The notes under the pieces are model-generated. The model had not been told where the DNA came from, did not search any database, and saw only the letters and a list, made by a program, of their open reading frames with translations. Below, in pieces: positions 53,885 to 64,000 of a DNA stretch of 64,000 bases. Source of the stretch: Tetramitus jugosus (lineage: Eukaryota > Protista > Heterolobosea); NCBI GenBank assembly GCA_937625935.1, contig OW569387.1, positions 124,001-188,000 on the forward strand, given 5' to 3'. Position 1 is the stretch's first letter, and each line of letters begins with the position of its first letter. The position numbers and the translations under genes are program-made.

Positions 53885-56800
53885 TTATAAAATATTATTA
53901 TGTTCCAGCAACAATTTTGCTTTTTTGACTGCATGCAGTAGACCAGTGTCCTCTGGCAGTTCTTCTTGTATCTTTGTCTCGAGGAATGTCAGCTCTTCCA
54001 TTGGTAACTTGTCTTTCTCTGTTTCCAGGCATGCAAGGGCAACTTGCACCATACATCTGAACAAATTCTGATTTTCTTCGGGGCTAAGGTATGACATTAA
54101 CCGATCAATCTCCTTTGCTTCTGGTGAGATTGATCTCAAACTTTCCTCTTTTTTTGCTAAAGCATTGCTTGGTACATCCAATTGCTTGGCAATATTCTTG
54201 TAGGCAAAGTAGATTCTGTGCGATGATATTCCAATCGATTTCAAGAACAAGTGAACGTCTAGTCTCGTTTTGACAATCAAAGCAGCACAGATGAGATCCA
54301 CTGGGAAGAATGGCGTGTTCTTTAGCATGTGATAAAGCGTTTGCAGCTTCTGCAACAGCACTAAATTGTTTGCTATGAGTGAGTCAATAAGTCTCTCATA
54401 TGCCTGATACACCACCAATCCGCTATTGTTGGTCCAGTATAGAACAAGAACGTTGCTCATTACCAAGCCGTGTTCCCGTATTCGCTCCCAAATTGATTCC
54501 ATATTCAACACACAATTCTTCATTTCTTCTATGGCTTGTGTTTTCGATGGATGTAGCTCAGATAGTTCCTTCAATGCTTCTTGTTGTAGATTCGCCACAT
54601 CGAGTTCATCCTGAAGTGCTTGTAATCCAGTTCGATCTGTCTTGGTCTTTGCATTGAAGAGTGTTTTTGTCAAGTAGGCAATTCTCTCCTGAAGGTTCAT
54701 CTGTATCTGGGTGTTGCTCTCGTTCAATACTCTAGCAGCTCGTTCGGTTTGCTCTGTTCGAATGTAATACTCGTACAAAAGACCACGATCATTTTGAAGT
54801 AGCGCTTCATTGTATGGAGAATTGATTTGCAGAAGAAGAGAGATGTCCCTTTGTTTTTGACATTCTTCATAAATGCAGCGATGAAGCAGTTCATCCTTGC
54901 ATTCTCTGACAAGTGCTTGTATGCTCTTGCGGACAGCGGGAGAGATGCTTTCATCTCTCAATACCTTGTTTATCCATTCATAGCAACTTCTTCTCTCTTC
55001 GGAGTATATTGCTATTTGTTGGCTTTGATCACTCATCGTCTTGTTGATGTCAAGATATTTCTTTACGCCTTCCAGAGCCAATCGGACAGCCTTCTCAGGT
55101 TCTCCCACCTTATAAAAGCATTCACACATGGCAACAATATCAATACTTCCAGCGATACTCATAAACTCAGTGAATGATTGCTCAATGAGTTCCTTCTTCT
55201 TTTTCTCGACCGGACAGGCTTGAGATGAGAGAAGTTTGTATTGTGCAGTAATTTCATGTATGTCCGTGATGGAGAACAACTCTTTCACCACTTGTAGCTT
55301 CTGAATATAGTCACTAAACTCTTTCTGACTGAGAGAGGTTGCAACGAGAGATGCCAGCTTTTTCACAGTGATTTGACTGTCATATCTCACAACAATACTC
55401 TCAAAAGAGAGCTTGGCGATAGGGTCGTTTGGTGCAATAGATTGAAAACCTTTGTTATCAGGTAGAGTTATTGTTTCCAAAAAGAACAGCGTATCCAGAG
55501 TTCTTTTCACTATTGTGTTCAAATCGTCGATTGATTGTTCTTCATTCGCTGGATTATACTGCTCTCCTGTGGGCAGATCTGATTTTCTCAGCAGTTGATA
55601 TCGATCAATGATAGCAGTCAAAGTCAGCAATGATCGTCTAGCATACTCTAACTCCTCTCTATTGAATCGAGGAGTTAGAACACTCTCTTCTCCATTCCCA
55701 ATGGTTTTAAAAATCAATGACGGCCACAAGGGCTTCATGAGTCCCAAGAAATAGAGATAGAAACCTACTCGCTCAATATTGATGATTTGAGCGTGACTCT
55801 GAGTCAGTTCGATACGCGTCTTCTTTGCCTCCTGTAACACACACTCTCTCATCTCTCTCAGACTATCGACATCACTGACAGATTGCTCCACCAGATATGA
55901 TAGAGTAAGAGCAAAAATATCTTCGGGTCGGCAGTTCTGGACATAAGCTTCCGACACTAACAGATCAACAGGTCTAGACTTTTCATATAGGAAAACACCT
56001 CGATTCGTCAATACAACAAATTGACGACAGACACTTGGGAATGATGCACACGGGCCCACAAATGACTTTTCTGGTTGTGGCACAATATCCATCACGGGTA
56101 CTTCACCGACTGCATGCACAATGGCTCTTTCAGTCAATGAAAAAGAGCGATAGTATTCATTCAAGATAATTCCTTGATTGGAAGTGCATTGTGATTCAAT
56201 TGAACTGCCAATCATCGTATCTGATGTTTGATTCGGTGTCAATCTACCTGTCATGATAAACACTCCCCTGTTGTAGAAGCATCGTGAATATTGAATCTGA
56301 TTGATGGCATTCTGATCTAACATCAAGTCTGATTGCCTCCGTCCAACAATAATCAACCTTGAATCACTCACATTATAGCTCTCAAGAACTGAAAAGAGTA
56401 ACCGATAACCAGTCGATGTCACAGCAACCAACTGAGCTTGTCTGGATTCGGAAGCTGGAACAGGCATAATCGACACAATATATGAAGTGCTCGCAGAATA
56501 GTTGTATTGAGCAACTTGTTTCATATCTCTTGCAAACGTGGAATATGTGGCCATCTTGACCATTTGTGTTCCGTCTTCTCCCAACGTGTACACCTCAATC
56601 AACGAGTTCTCTGATAGAGTATACAATCGCATCATATCATGATCAATCACAATATCCACAATGGCTTCAGTGGATGAAAACCTCAAGAATGAAGGTATCA
56701 ACGCACCCATAAAACTCTGCGAATGATTCAATTTTCTGCACTTTCTTCTCAACCAATCCTCATCCACCTCATAAGTTAACTCGTACAGTGATCCATTGTC

Positions 56801-57669
56801 ACCACACATGAAAATTCTTCCATTCTTTTGCAACCCTGCAATCTTGAGCATGTTCACACCATCTGTCGAAACAGAATAATTCGTCGGAACAATTACCAAG
56901 TGACCCATATCACCACTGCTGCTTTCATTACTCCGAGAGCCCTTATTGCTGAAATCTTGAAAACGGAAAGATTCAATGACAACAGTGAATAAGCTAACGT
57001 CAGTCAACGTGGCAAACACCAGAAGATACGAGACATTGGATTTGAAAATGTTGGGTTTGGGTCGAACGAGACCAACACTGACCAGAGTCTCTCCAAACTC
57101 GTGATCCAACGCAATCACATCTCCACCGTCCAAAAAATTCCAAATGAAAAATTGGTTGTTTATCGTGATCCATGCACGATAAATCTCTGGGAAGAGACCC
57201 ATGCGATACACTGGTTCAGATCCATCATTCTGATTGGATTGAACAATGATGGAAGCTATCACAAACACAAAAAAATTCAAGCTGTTTGTTTAGCAAACAC
57301 TTGTTTTCAGGTGAAAAAGCTTTCACACTTTTTCACGTAAAACATAAACAAGTACGTACCTATAGAGTCAGTAATGAGCTTTGGTAGTGCGATTCTGTGT
57401 CCTAGAGCTCTAAAAATGTTGTCACATAAAATGTTTTGTTGTTTGACGTCTTCTAGGCCAATGATATAGGATCGCGATCGATCTAGATCGTTCATGATCG
57501 ATACAGCTCGCGAAGCTTTTGAAAAAGCATGATCTGTTGTCGCTGTAGTTGGCGCCACAGTCGGAGTCGGAATATTAGAAATGGCGGGAGAAAGTAGAAA
57601 GTGGGAGGACGTGGAGAGAAGAGGAGGTGCTGTCAAGTTCATCATCATGTTGGGATTAATGTTCATCAT
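53885..57669 (-). CDS. NUP155: Nucleoporin Nup155/Nup170; intron 57256-57359
   Basis: MGLFPEIYRAWITINN.FFIWN, VGLVRPKPNIF and GRIFMCG..GSLYEL.Y...W..RKCRKLNHS; phase-1 intron GTACGT...GATAG. Confidence 0.92.
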
Positions 57670-57907
57670 TCGATCGATCGTCCAAAAAATATTTGTTTGT
57701 TGTTTGGATCTCACACACGCCAACTTTTTTTGCTTCTTCTCACACAAACTTCGTTTTTGTTTGTTTTTTCAATTTTTGTTGAATGAGGCACTAATTCTCC
57801 GAGACAATCATGAAGAACTACGGAAATGCAAGGATGTCAAGAAAGTGGAGATGGATGCCAATTGAACACTTTTTATTTTTGTTCTGAAAATACAGACCAT
57901 AGGGTGA

Positions 57908-59605
57908 TTAGAGCATACTGTACAAGAATCTGTTCTGATCGAATGTACGAGTGACCTTTCTTCCCTTGAGCAAAGGATAGCTGTTGAGTTGGGCATTGCC
58001 GTAAATATCGGTCAACACAGCATCAACATACCACAAAGGTGTGGTGTCTGGAAGAGCAAATTCCTTGACAAATTGGAGAGCATCACCGCTCCACTTGCCA
58101 CTTGCGCTCAACTTTTCAGCCAGCTTCTTTTCAACAGTCAATGAAACGTCGTTCATATCGAGAGCAGATTTCTTTCCGTCTTGTACACCAGGTTGATCAT
58201 AGGCATTGATAGATCTGAAAGCACCCAAAATAGTCACAATTCGTTCCTCCAAAGCAATCATCATACCCAAGTTGAACATGTCGCACTTCTCAAAAGTGCT
58301 GGTCAAGAATGGTCTTCTGTTGTTCAATAGAGCATTTTCAGTGCCCTTAACAAAGGCCAACAATTGTCTGCCCATGCTTCCAGCTTGACTATCTTCATAA
58401 TCAAAAGTTCTCTTGTTGAAGTGCACGAAACGAACGAAACAATCGTTGATACCCTTTTGGACTTGTTGCATGAATGCATGTTGTTCTCCAGTGCCAACAC
58501 CACCGAACACGGTGAGACCTTCTGGATTGTAGGCCCCGTTCTCAGAGTACTCCTTACCAAGCGACTCCATGTACAATTGTTGCAAATAATGAGCAAACTC
58601 CTTCAAAAAGTCGCTATAGCCAAGAACAATCATGTTCTTTCTTCCCTGGAGCTTTGACAAGTGATCAATGGCAATGGCAATCAACATGCTAGGATTTTGC
58701 CTTGGATCAGCTTCTCTGGTCAACTTGTCCATGTGACATTGACCATTCAAGAATTCTTCAAAGTTCAACTCTGCAAATGCGCATGGAACCATACCAATGG
58801 CACTTACAATGCTTGTACGTCCACCAGTCTCATTGAACATGTAGAATGTGTGCAAGAATCCGTTATCAGCAGCATACTTGTCAAAGTTACTGTTCTGAAC
58901 AGTAACGGCAATATTGTGCTTGCCAACGACGAGCTTTCCACTCGAATGATTCTTGATTTGTTCATTGAAAGCTTCCATGTTACCTCTGGTTTCAGCTGTA
59001 CCACCTGATTTGGACATGTTGACCATCAAAGTTGTCTCCAAGTTCAATTTGCTCAACAACAAGTGGAATGAATCAGGATCTGTGTTGCTCATAAAATGCA
59101 GGCGTGCTTTGACTTTTTCTGGATTCACAGAGTTGTAGTTGTAACGGTCACCCTTCATGGCAATCACTAGCATCAATGGACCCAAGTAACTTCCTCCAAT
59201 ACCGTTGAAAATGACATCAGTGTAGCGCTGTCCATTCTCATTGAGAGTTTGACCGTTGAGAATCTGATTGACCTTGGTTTGAATGTCCTTCCACAGTTGA
59301 ATCGAATGACCCAAGCTCTTCTTTGGTACCAACTCTTGCTCCATTCTCAAATTGTAGTGATCCACTGATCGATTCTCCGACTCCTTCTGATTGGCAGTGG
59401 CATTGACAATGTCTCCACTCTCAATTTTCTTAATCTTGTCGATTGCAATCTTGACAGAGTATTGATAATCATCAAGTGTCTTCTGCAAGTTGCCCAAAGT
59501 GGTGGCAAAACCAGAGAGATTCAATGTGAATTGACTCTTGGCATCATGGTACACATGACCATTCATGTAGTTGTGTTCAACGAGTTTGATCTCTGCAGGG
59601 TTCAT
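57908..59605 (-). CDS. GPI: Glucose-6-phosphate isomerase
   Basis: GIGGSYLGP, SKSGGTAET, GGRTS, QQLYMESLGK, GEQHAF and AYDQPGV..GK. Confidence 0.95.
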   Translation of the reverse strand: MNPAEIKLVEHNYMNGHVYHDAKSQFTLNLSGFATTLGNLQKTLDDYQYSVKIAIDKIKKIESGDIVNATANQKESENRSVDHYNLRMEQELVPKKSLGHSIQLWKDIQTKVNQILNGQTLNENGQRYTDVIFNGIGGSYLGPLMLVIAMKGDRYNYNSVNPEKVKARLHFMSNTDPDSFHLLLSKLNLETTLMVNMSKSGGTAETRGNMEAFNEQIKNHSSGKLVVGKHNIAVTVQNSNFDKYAADNGFLHTFYMFNETGGRTSIVSAIGMVPCAFAELNFEEFLNGQCHMDKLTREADPRQNPSMLIAIAIDHLSKLQGRKNMIVLGYSDFLKEFAHYLQQLYMESLGKEYSENGAYNPEGLTVFGGVGTGEQHAFMQQVQKGINDCFVRFVHFNKRTFDYEDSQAGSMGRQLLAFVKGTENALLNNRRPFLTSTFEKCDMFNLGMMIALEERIVTILGAFRSINAYDQPGVQDGKKSALDMNDVSLTVEKKLAEKLSASGKWSGDALQFVKEFALPDTTPLWYVDAVLTDIYGNAQLNSYPLLKGRKVTRTFDQNRFLYSML

Positions 59606-60092
59606 ATCTTGGTGTGATGATGATGGTAGATTTGTGTTTGTTGTGTGTTGTTTGTGTTGATGTTGATCTTGTCGACGTAAGAATGAGACCGAAAAAGCTC
59701 GACATCCATGCGGAGATCACAATTTGGCGCATTGTCGGCCAATTTTACTCTGCGTTGTAAAAATAGGAAAATCACTACAACGGATTGAATCAATCTTTTT
59801 GCGTGGATGAGTTTTGTGGGTACTGTAAAATGTCTCTTGAATGGTCTCCATGTGCTGTTACTGAACCACACCGTGTTATTGATTGACCTCTCTGCATCCT
59901 TTCCATCCTAATCGGAACAAAGTTTTCTCTCCAACGTTTTTGTCCCAACCCAATCAATATCTAAACTTATCTTCTGCGCTGTTCACACGTTGTTAACAAG
60001 CTGAATTGTTGCAACCAGAAATTTCTCTCAACAACAAACAACCACAAAAGCACCAACCAAAATTTTCATACTACGAATATCGTAACATTGCA

Positions 60093-61883
60093 ATGAGCAC
60101 TCACATACCCACCAACAGACGGAAACCAATCCCTGACTTGTCCATTCGTTGTGAGCGTGCCAATTTACCACCACAAGATGACACTATCATGTACACTACG
60201 ACCACCGAATATGACAATGAGTTGTTGGTACACTCTGCTGCATCTTCATTATGCAACTCACCAACAACAACAACAACCAATGTTGGTCATACTTTATCAA
60301 TATTGACACCAAGAGCTAACAATGATAATTTTGGTGTTGGAGCTTCACCTACGGCTTCTCCCTCTGTTCGTTTTCCTGTTTCTCCCACGAGCTTTTCTCC
60401 CATGGTTTTTTCGCCAGTCGACGATCAGATTACACTGCACAATGTGCGATCCAGAATTTTGTACAATATTGAGCACAATGTGCTGCTCGCAGATTTTTCC
60501 CGCCTCGTAGTCAAGTGCGAACAACACGTAGAAACGATTCGAGAGGCACTATTGGAGTGTCTCCGCGCAGCTAATGAGCACCTTTCTCCGACAACTACGG
60601 AAAATCACCAAGATGAAGCTCATCAAGAAGAACAACCACCAAGAAAGATCGTGAACGTCATTGTGACCTATGATGACTTCCAAGTAGAAACGGAGGCTCT
60701 GATGCACATGTATCGTGAACGTGTGATCCAATTCTTCACTGAGAACTATTACAAGTCCATTCAGCGTTACACGACAAAGACCTTTCTCTATGATCGTATC
60801 CAACAGCTCAATGAGTGCATTGGAGAGAATAGCATGGCCAATGGTCCCATCATACAACACAATGTTCAGGTCATTGGCGATCGCTACGTTGTGGATCATG
60901 TGCTGGGTGAAGGAGCTTTTGGCAAGGTAGCTCTCGCTCTGGACAAGAGAACCATGGTCAGAGTAGCCATCAAAGAAGTCAATTTGACAGCGTATGGCGA
61001 TGATGCTCTGCTCAATGATTGTCTCAAGAGAGAAGAACTAATTATGAAGCAAATCTCTTTTCGGTGTTTGTGTGGTGGTAGTCGTGTCAGTGGTGCTCGT
61101 CATCACCACCATCAACATCATAAAAGTGATTCTGCTGATGAGTCCATGTGTCAAAGTGGCGACAGTGGTGATGGTGAAAATGCTCTGATGGCGATGATGA
61201 ACCACAGTGGACTCAAGGAGGAATATTCTCAGTTCTTGATCAAGCTGTTGGATTACATTGTCGATAAGCCAAATCAAACGATTTATATCGTCATGGAGTA
61301 CTGTGCAAAGGGACCGTTGGAGACACCAATGGACGAGCATGAGCAGTTCGACGAGCAGAGAGCTCACAAATACTTTGTTCAAATAGTTTGTGGTCTGCAG
61401 TACTTGCATGAAAAGTATCATGTTGTTCACAGAGATCTGCAACTTGCCAATATCTGTCTCATGGAGGATGACAATGTCAAGATTTGTGACTTTGGTGTGT
61501 CTGATTGGTTCTTGAAGAGCGGTGAAGAGAGTTGTGAGAACAACGATTACGGAAAGACTTTGAATCTGTTTACAGGCAATGTGGCTTATGCATCACCAGA
61601 GATGCTGCTACAGAAGAATTATGGATGCGATGTCGATGTGTGGAGTGCAGGTGTGTGCTTGTACAAGATGGTGGTTGGTTATCTACCGTTCAAGGGACGA
61701 GGTCATGCATTAATTGGTCAGTTTTATGTACCATTGGACGATGAAGAACTGGATCACGTGTCTGATGACTTGAAGGATCTAATCTCGAAAATTCTGAACC
61801 CTAACATGCAGCAACGTTATTCTACCATTGAACAGATCAAGTCTCATCCTTGGTTCACCAAATACCATTACGATTTCGTTTGA
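60093..61883 (+). CDS. CAMK-like Ser/Thr kinase with an unusual N-terminal domain
   Basis: GEGAFGKV, VAIK, HRDLQLAN, DFG, YASPE and DVWSAG. Confidence 0.88.
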   Translation: MSTHIPTNRRKPIPDLSIRCERANLPPQDDTIMYTTTTEYDNELLVHSAASSLCNSPTTTTTNVGHTLSILTPRANNDNFGVGASPTASPSVRFPVSPTSFSPMVFSPVDDQITLHNVRSRILYNIEHNVLLADFSRLVVKCEQHVETIREALLECLRAANEHLSPTTTENHQDEAHQEEQPPRKIVNVIVTYDDFQVETEALMHMYRERVIQFFTENYYKSIQRYTTKTFLYDRIQQLNECIGENSMANGPIIQHNVQVIGDRYVVDHVLGEGAFGKVALALDKRTMVRVAIKEVNLTAYGDDALLNDCLKREELIMKQISFRCLCGGSRVSGARHHHHQHHKSDSADESMCQSGDSGDGENALMAMMNHSGLKEEYSQFLIKLLDYIVDKPNQTIYIVMEYCAKGPLETPMDEHEQFDEQRAHKYFVQIVCGLQYLHEKYHVVHRDLQLANICLMEDDNVKICDFGVSDWFLKSGEESCENNDYGKTLNLFTGNVAYASPEMLLQKNYGCDVDVWSAGVCLYKMVVGYLPFKGRGHALIGQFYVPLDDEELDHVSDDLKDLISKILNPNMQQRYSTIEQIKSHPWFTKYHYDFV

Positions 61884-62245
61884 GAAGAATAAAAAGTATT
61901 TATCAGTTCTTGAACGTATGATTTCTCATACAACATACATCACATTTTCACAACATCCCACCAGCTGTAAACTAGACGTTGCCAAATTCAACCGGTTGAC
62001 AACCGGAACTTGAGGCGGGACTTGTCGGAGTATGAGTACTCAGAAAAACAAATACGTACCAGCATTAAAACCAAACGACCAGTACTCAATGGGTACCCGT
62101 ACGTACTGCGCGTATTAATCACAAAAGATCTATCATGTGATCCACAATGTTCTCCAAAACAAACCAACAACTAGTACTCACACTCAAACAACTTGTACTA
62201 CCTAACATACCACTGCTACAGTGACATCCACCCGTAAATAACAAC

Positions 62246-63253
62246 ATGAACCACCAACAACAATACTACAACCAACGAAACATGTTCCTCCCACTTGTGA
62301 ATGTCACTATTGGTGACATTGCACTGCCACTCTTCCTTTCACCACCAGCAATGAATGTAAGTCCAATTGTCACAGTACCACCACATCAATTGAATGTGGA
62401 TGTAATGATGATAAACGGACCAAGAACCTGGGAAGAAGGTCGATCAATGAGTCAGTTCATGCCAAATCAAATGCAACAGCTGCAACAAGTTCCTGTGACG
62501 CAATTCCCAGCTCATCATCATCAGTATCATGAAGGAAGAGATGCGAGAAACTTGACTCACTCAAACTCCTCTTCACCTGCTTGTTCTGATGATGATTCTG
62601 AGAAGGGTGACGATGAAAACTCTTCTGAAGCACACAATCTCTGGAATGCACAGCCTTTGGGTCCACAAACAGAACGGAGAACAAGGAAATCAAAGGTCAA
62701 GCAAACCAATTGTTATCCTATCATTCCAAGGAATCAAATGGTGGACTCCAACAATGGATTCATTTCGGGAGTGAAGATTGGTACACAAGAACAGAGTGAA
62801 GAACAAATGCCAGCTCTGCCTTTTGTTACTCCTGCCCAGGTTGACAGAAATCCAACCTTCCTGTCTCTTACATTGGCAAAAGGCAAAAGATGGGCCACAA
62901 TGAGCTCCATTACACTTGAGGTTTTGAAGAACGACAGGAATGGCAGGTTCTGGGAAACATACAGTGTTTGTCAAATTCAAGGTATTGGCTCTATCGATGG
63001 TCCTTTGTTGCTGAACCTGACACCTTTGGGCACCACATTCACACGTCCTTGGTTGAGAGTTAGAGTGATCTGTGATACTTGTGATTTTATCCTTTGCTAC
63101 TTGGGGTATGCCAATGGAGGCAATCGAGTAGAAAGATCAAACAGGTATCTGGCGGACTTGTTTCAAGGTCATGTTCCTCAACATGTGACTCAAGCCATGT
63201 TGCATGAACTGCTAGGCAACTACGAACGTCGTCCACAACCACAACAACAATAA
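62246..63253 (+). CDS. Hypothetical protein (Q/P-rich N-terminus, globular C-terminus)
   Basis: 335-aa ATG ORF preceded by a CA-rich leader. Confidence 0.65.
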   Translation: MNHQQQYYNQRNMFLPLVNVTIGDIALPLFLSPPAMNVSPIVTVPPHQLNVDVMMINGPRTWEEGRSMSQFMPNQMQQLQQVPVTQFPAHHHQYHEGRDARNLTHSNSSSPACSDDDSEKGDDENSSEAHNLWNAQPLGPQTERRTRKSKVKQTNCYPIIPRNQMVDSNNGFISGVKIGTQEQSEEQMPALPFVTPAQVDRNPTFLSLTLAKGKRWATMSSITLEVLKNDRNGRFWETYSVCQIQGIGSIDGPLLLNLTPLGTTFTRPWLRVRVICDTCDFILCYLGYANGGNRVERSNRYLADLFQGHVPQHVTQAMLHELLGNYERRPQPQQQ

Positions 63254-63392
63254 ACAATGACAAGAGCTATTGAATATTCATTCGTGGATTTCCCTCTCAA
63301 CTATTGTCAAGAGTTGCGATATGTCGCCTCATTCAGGATACTCCTGAAAATCAACCTTGGAAAACAAAAGTTCACAACAACCCAATCATTCT

Positions 63393-63998
63393 TTATTCTA
63401 TGAGTATTGAGATCGGTTGGTCATCGCAGTGAGGTGACAGTGGTTGAGTTGAGATGTCAGTTGTGGTGTTCGCTTCCTCTGCTTCACCATTGTTGACAAT
63501 TGACATCACTTTCGTGCTCTCGAAATTCCAAACGATTTGATCGACTTGATCAATCATAATCTTCCACAAGTAGTCCAAGAAAAAGTATTCTGAACTGGCA
63601 TCCTCTGAATATGTGTACATTGAGTGTTCCAAAATGAAAAACGGAGAAGCAACGCTATGGATTTGATTGTAGTGCTGCTGTTGCTGCCAGGCCTTGATAC
63701 CAATATCTACAATGTCCATAATCTCTGACACACTCCATATTCGAACTTGTTTCCTACTTGTTCTCTTGTTGTTTGATGATTCACTTGCGTTCTCTTCTTC
63801 GGTTAACAATTGTTGCTGTTCGGCTCGTTCAACTTGCTCAAACTCCTTTAGTTTTCGCTCAAAAAACTCCATAATGATACTCAAATTGTTAGCCAACACG
63901 TTCACAGATGACAACAGCTCCAAATCGACAATGTTCAACTGGTGGAGTCGTTGAGGTATTTGCAACAGATTTTGAACAGTTTTTCGGTTTTGCAACAA
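63393..63998 (-). CDS. Hypothetical protein, 5'-truncated by the window edge
   Basis: The frame stays open to the end of the window. Confidence 0.55.
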   Translation of the reverse strand: MLQNRKTVQNLLQIPQRLHQLNIVDLELLSSVNVLANNLSIIMEFFERKLKEFEQVERAEQQQLLTEEENASESSNNKRTSRKQVRIWSVSEIMDIVDIGIKAWQQQQHYNQIHSVASPFFILEHSMYTYSEDASSEYFFLDYLWKIMIDQVDQIVWNFESTKVMSIVNNGEAEEANTTTDISTQPLSPHCDDQPISILIE

Positions 63999-64000
63999 CT

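Noticed and set aside
1-64000. CRISPR array, prophage or bacterial operon
   Set aside because: No regularly spaced repeats, and spliceosomal introns and eukaryote-specific genes occur throughout.

Overview
Very gene-dense eukaryotic nuclear DNA in the standard genetic code, with few short GT-AG introns (about 60-125 nt) and many convergent gene pairs whose stops lie only a few bases apart. An RCC1-EGF-TM receptor kinase, a Zn2Cys6 domain, expanded F-box/BTB/ankyrin genes and a cyanobacterial-type GPI suggest a free-living protist, probably heterolobosean/Discoba-like; this is an inference. Recognisable genes are a calmodulin-like protein, a TFIIIC (GTF3C2-like) subunit, AMPK-beta, Ies6, ERMARD, Erv1, Sin3, Nup155, GPI and an eEF2 paralogue with one in-frame TAG, plus a tRNA-Gly(TCC) and a solitary 5S rRNA gene. 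The 39-49 kb stretch looks like an accessory island: pseudogenes, two copies of one non-LTR retrotransposon family, and TATA-driven stress/detox-type genes. The best lead is a 5'-truncated, poly(A)-tailed retroelement with a 14-16 bp target-site duplication, inserted head-to-head 49 bp upstream of the 5S gene. That geometry matches the Pol III-targeting TRE5 elements of Dictyostelium. Other leads are a stand-alone immune-type nucleosidase, a Zn2Cys6-TFIIIC fusion, and a kinase fused to a domain resembling the C-terminus of bacterial CoA-transferases. All family assignments are from motif recognition by eye; no searches were run.
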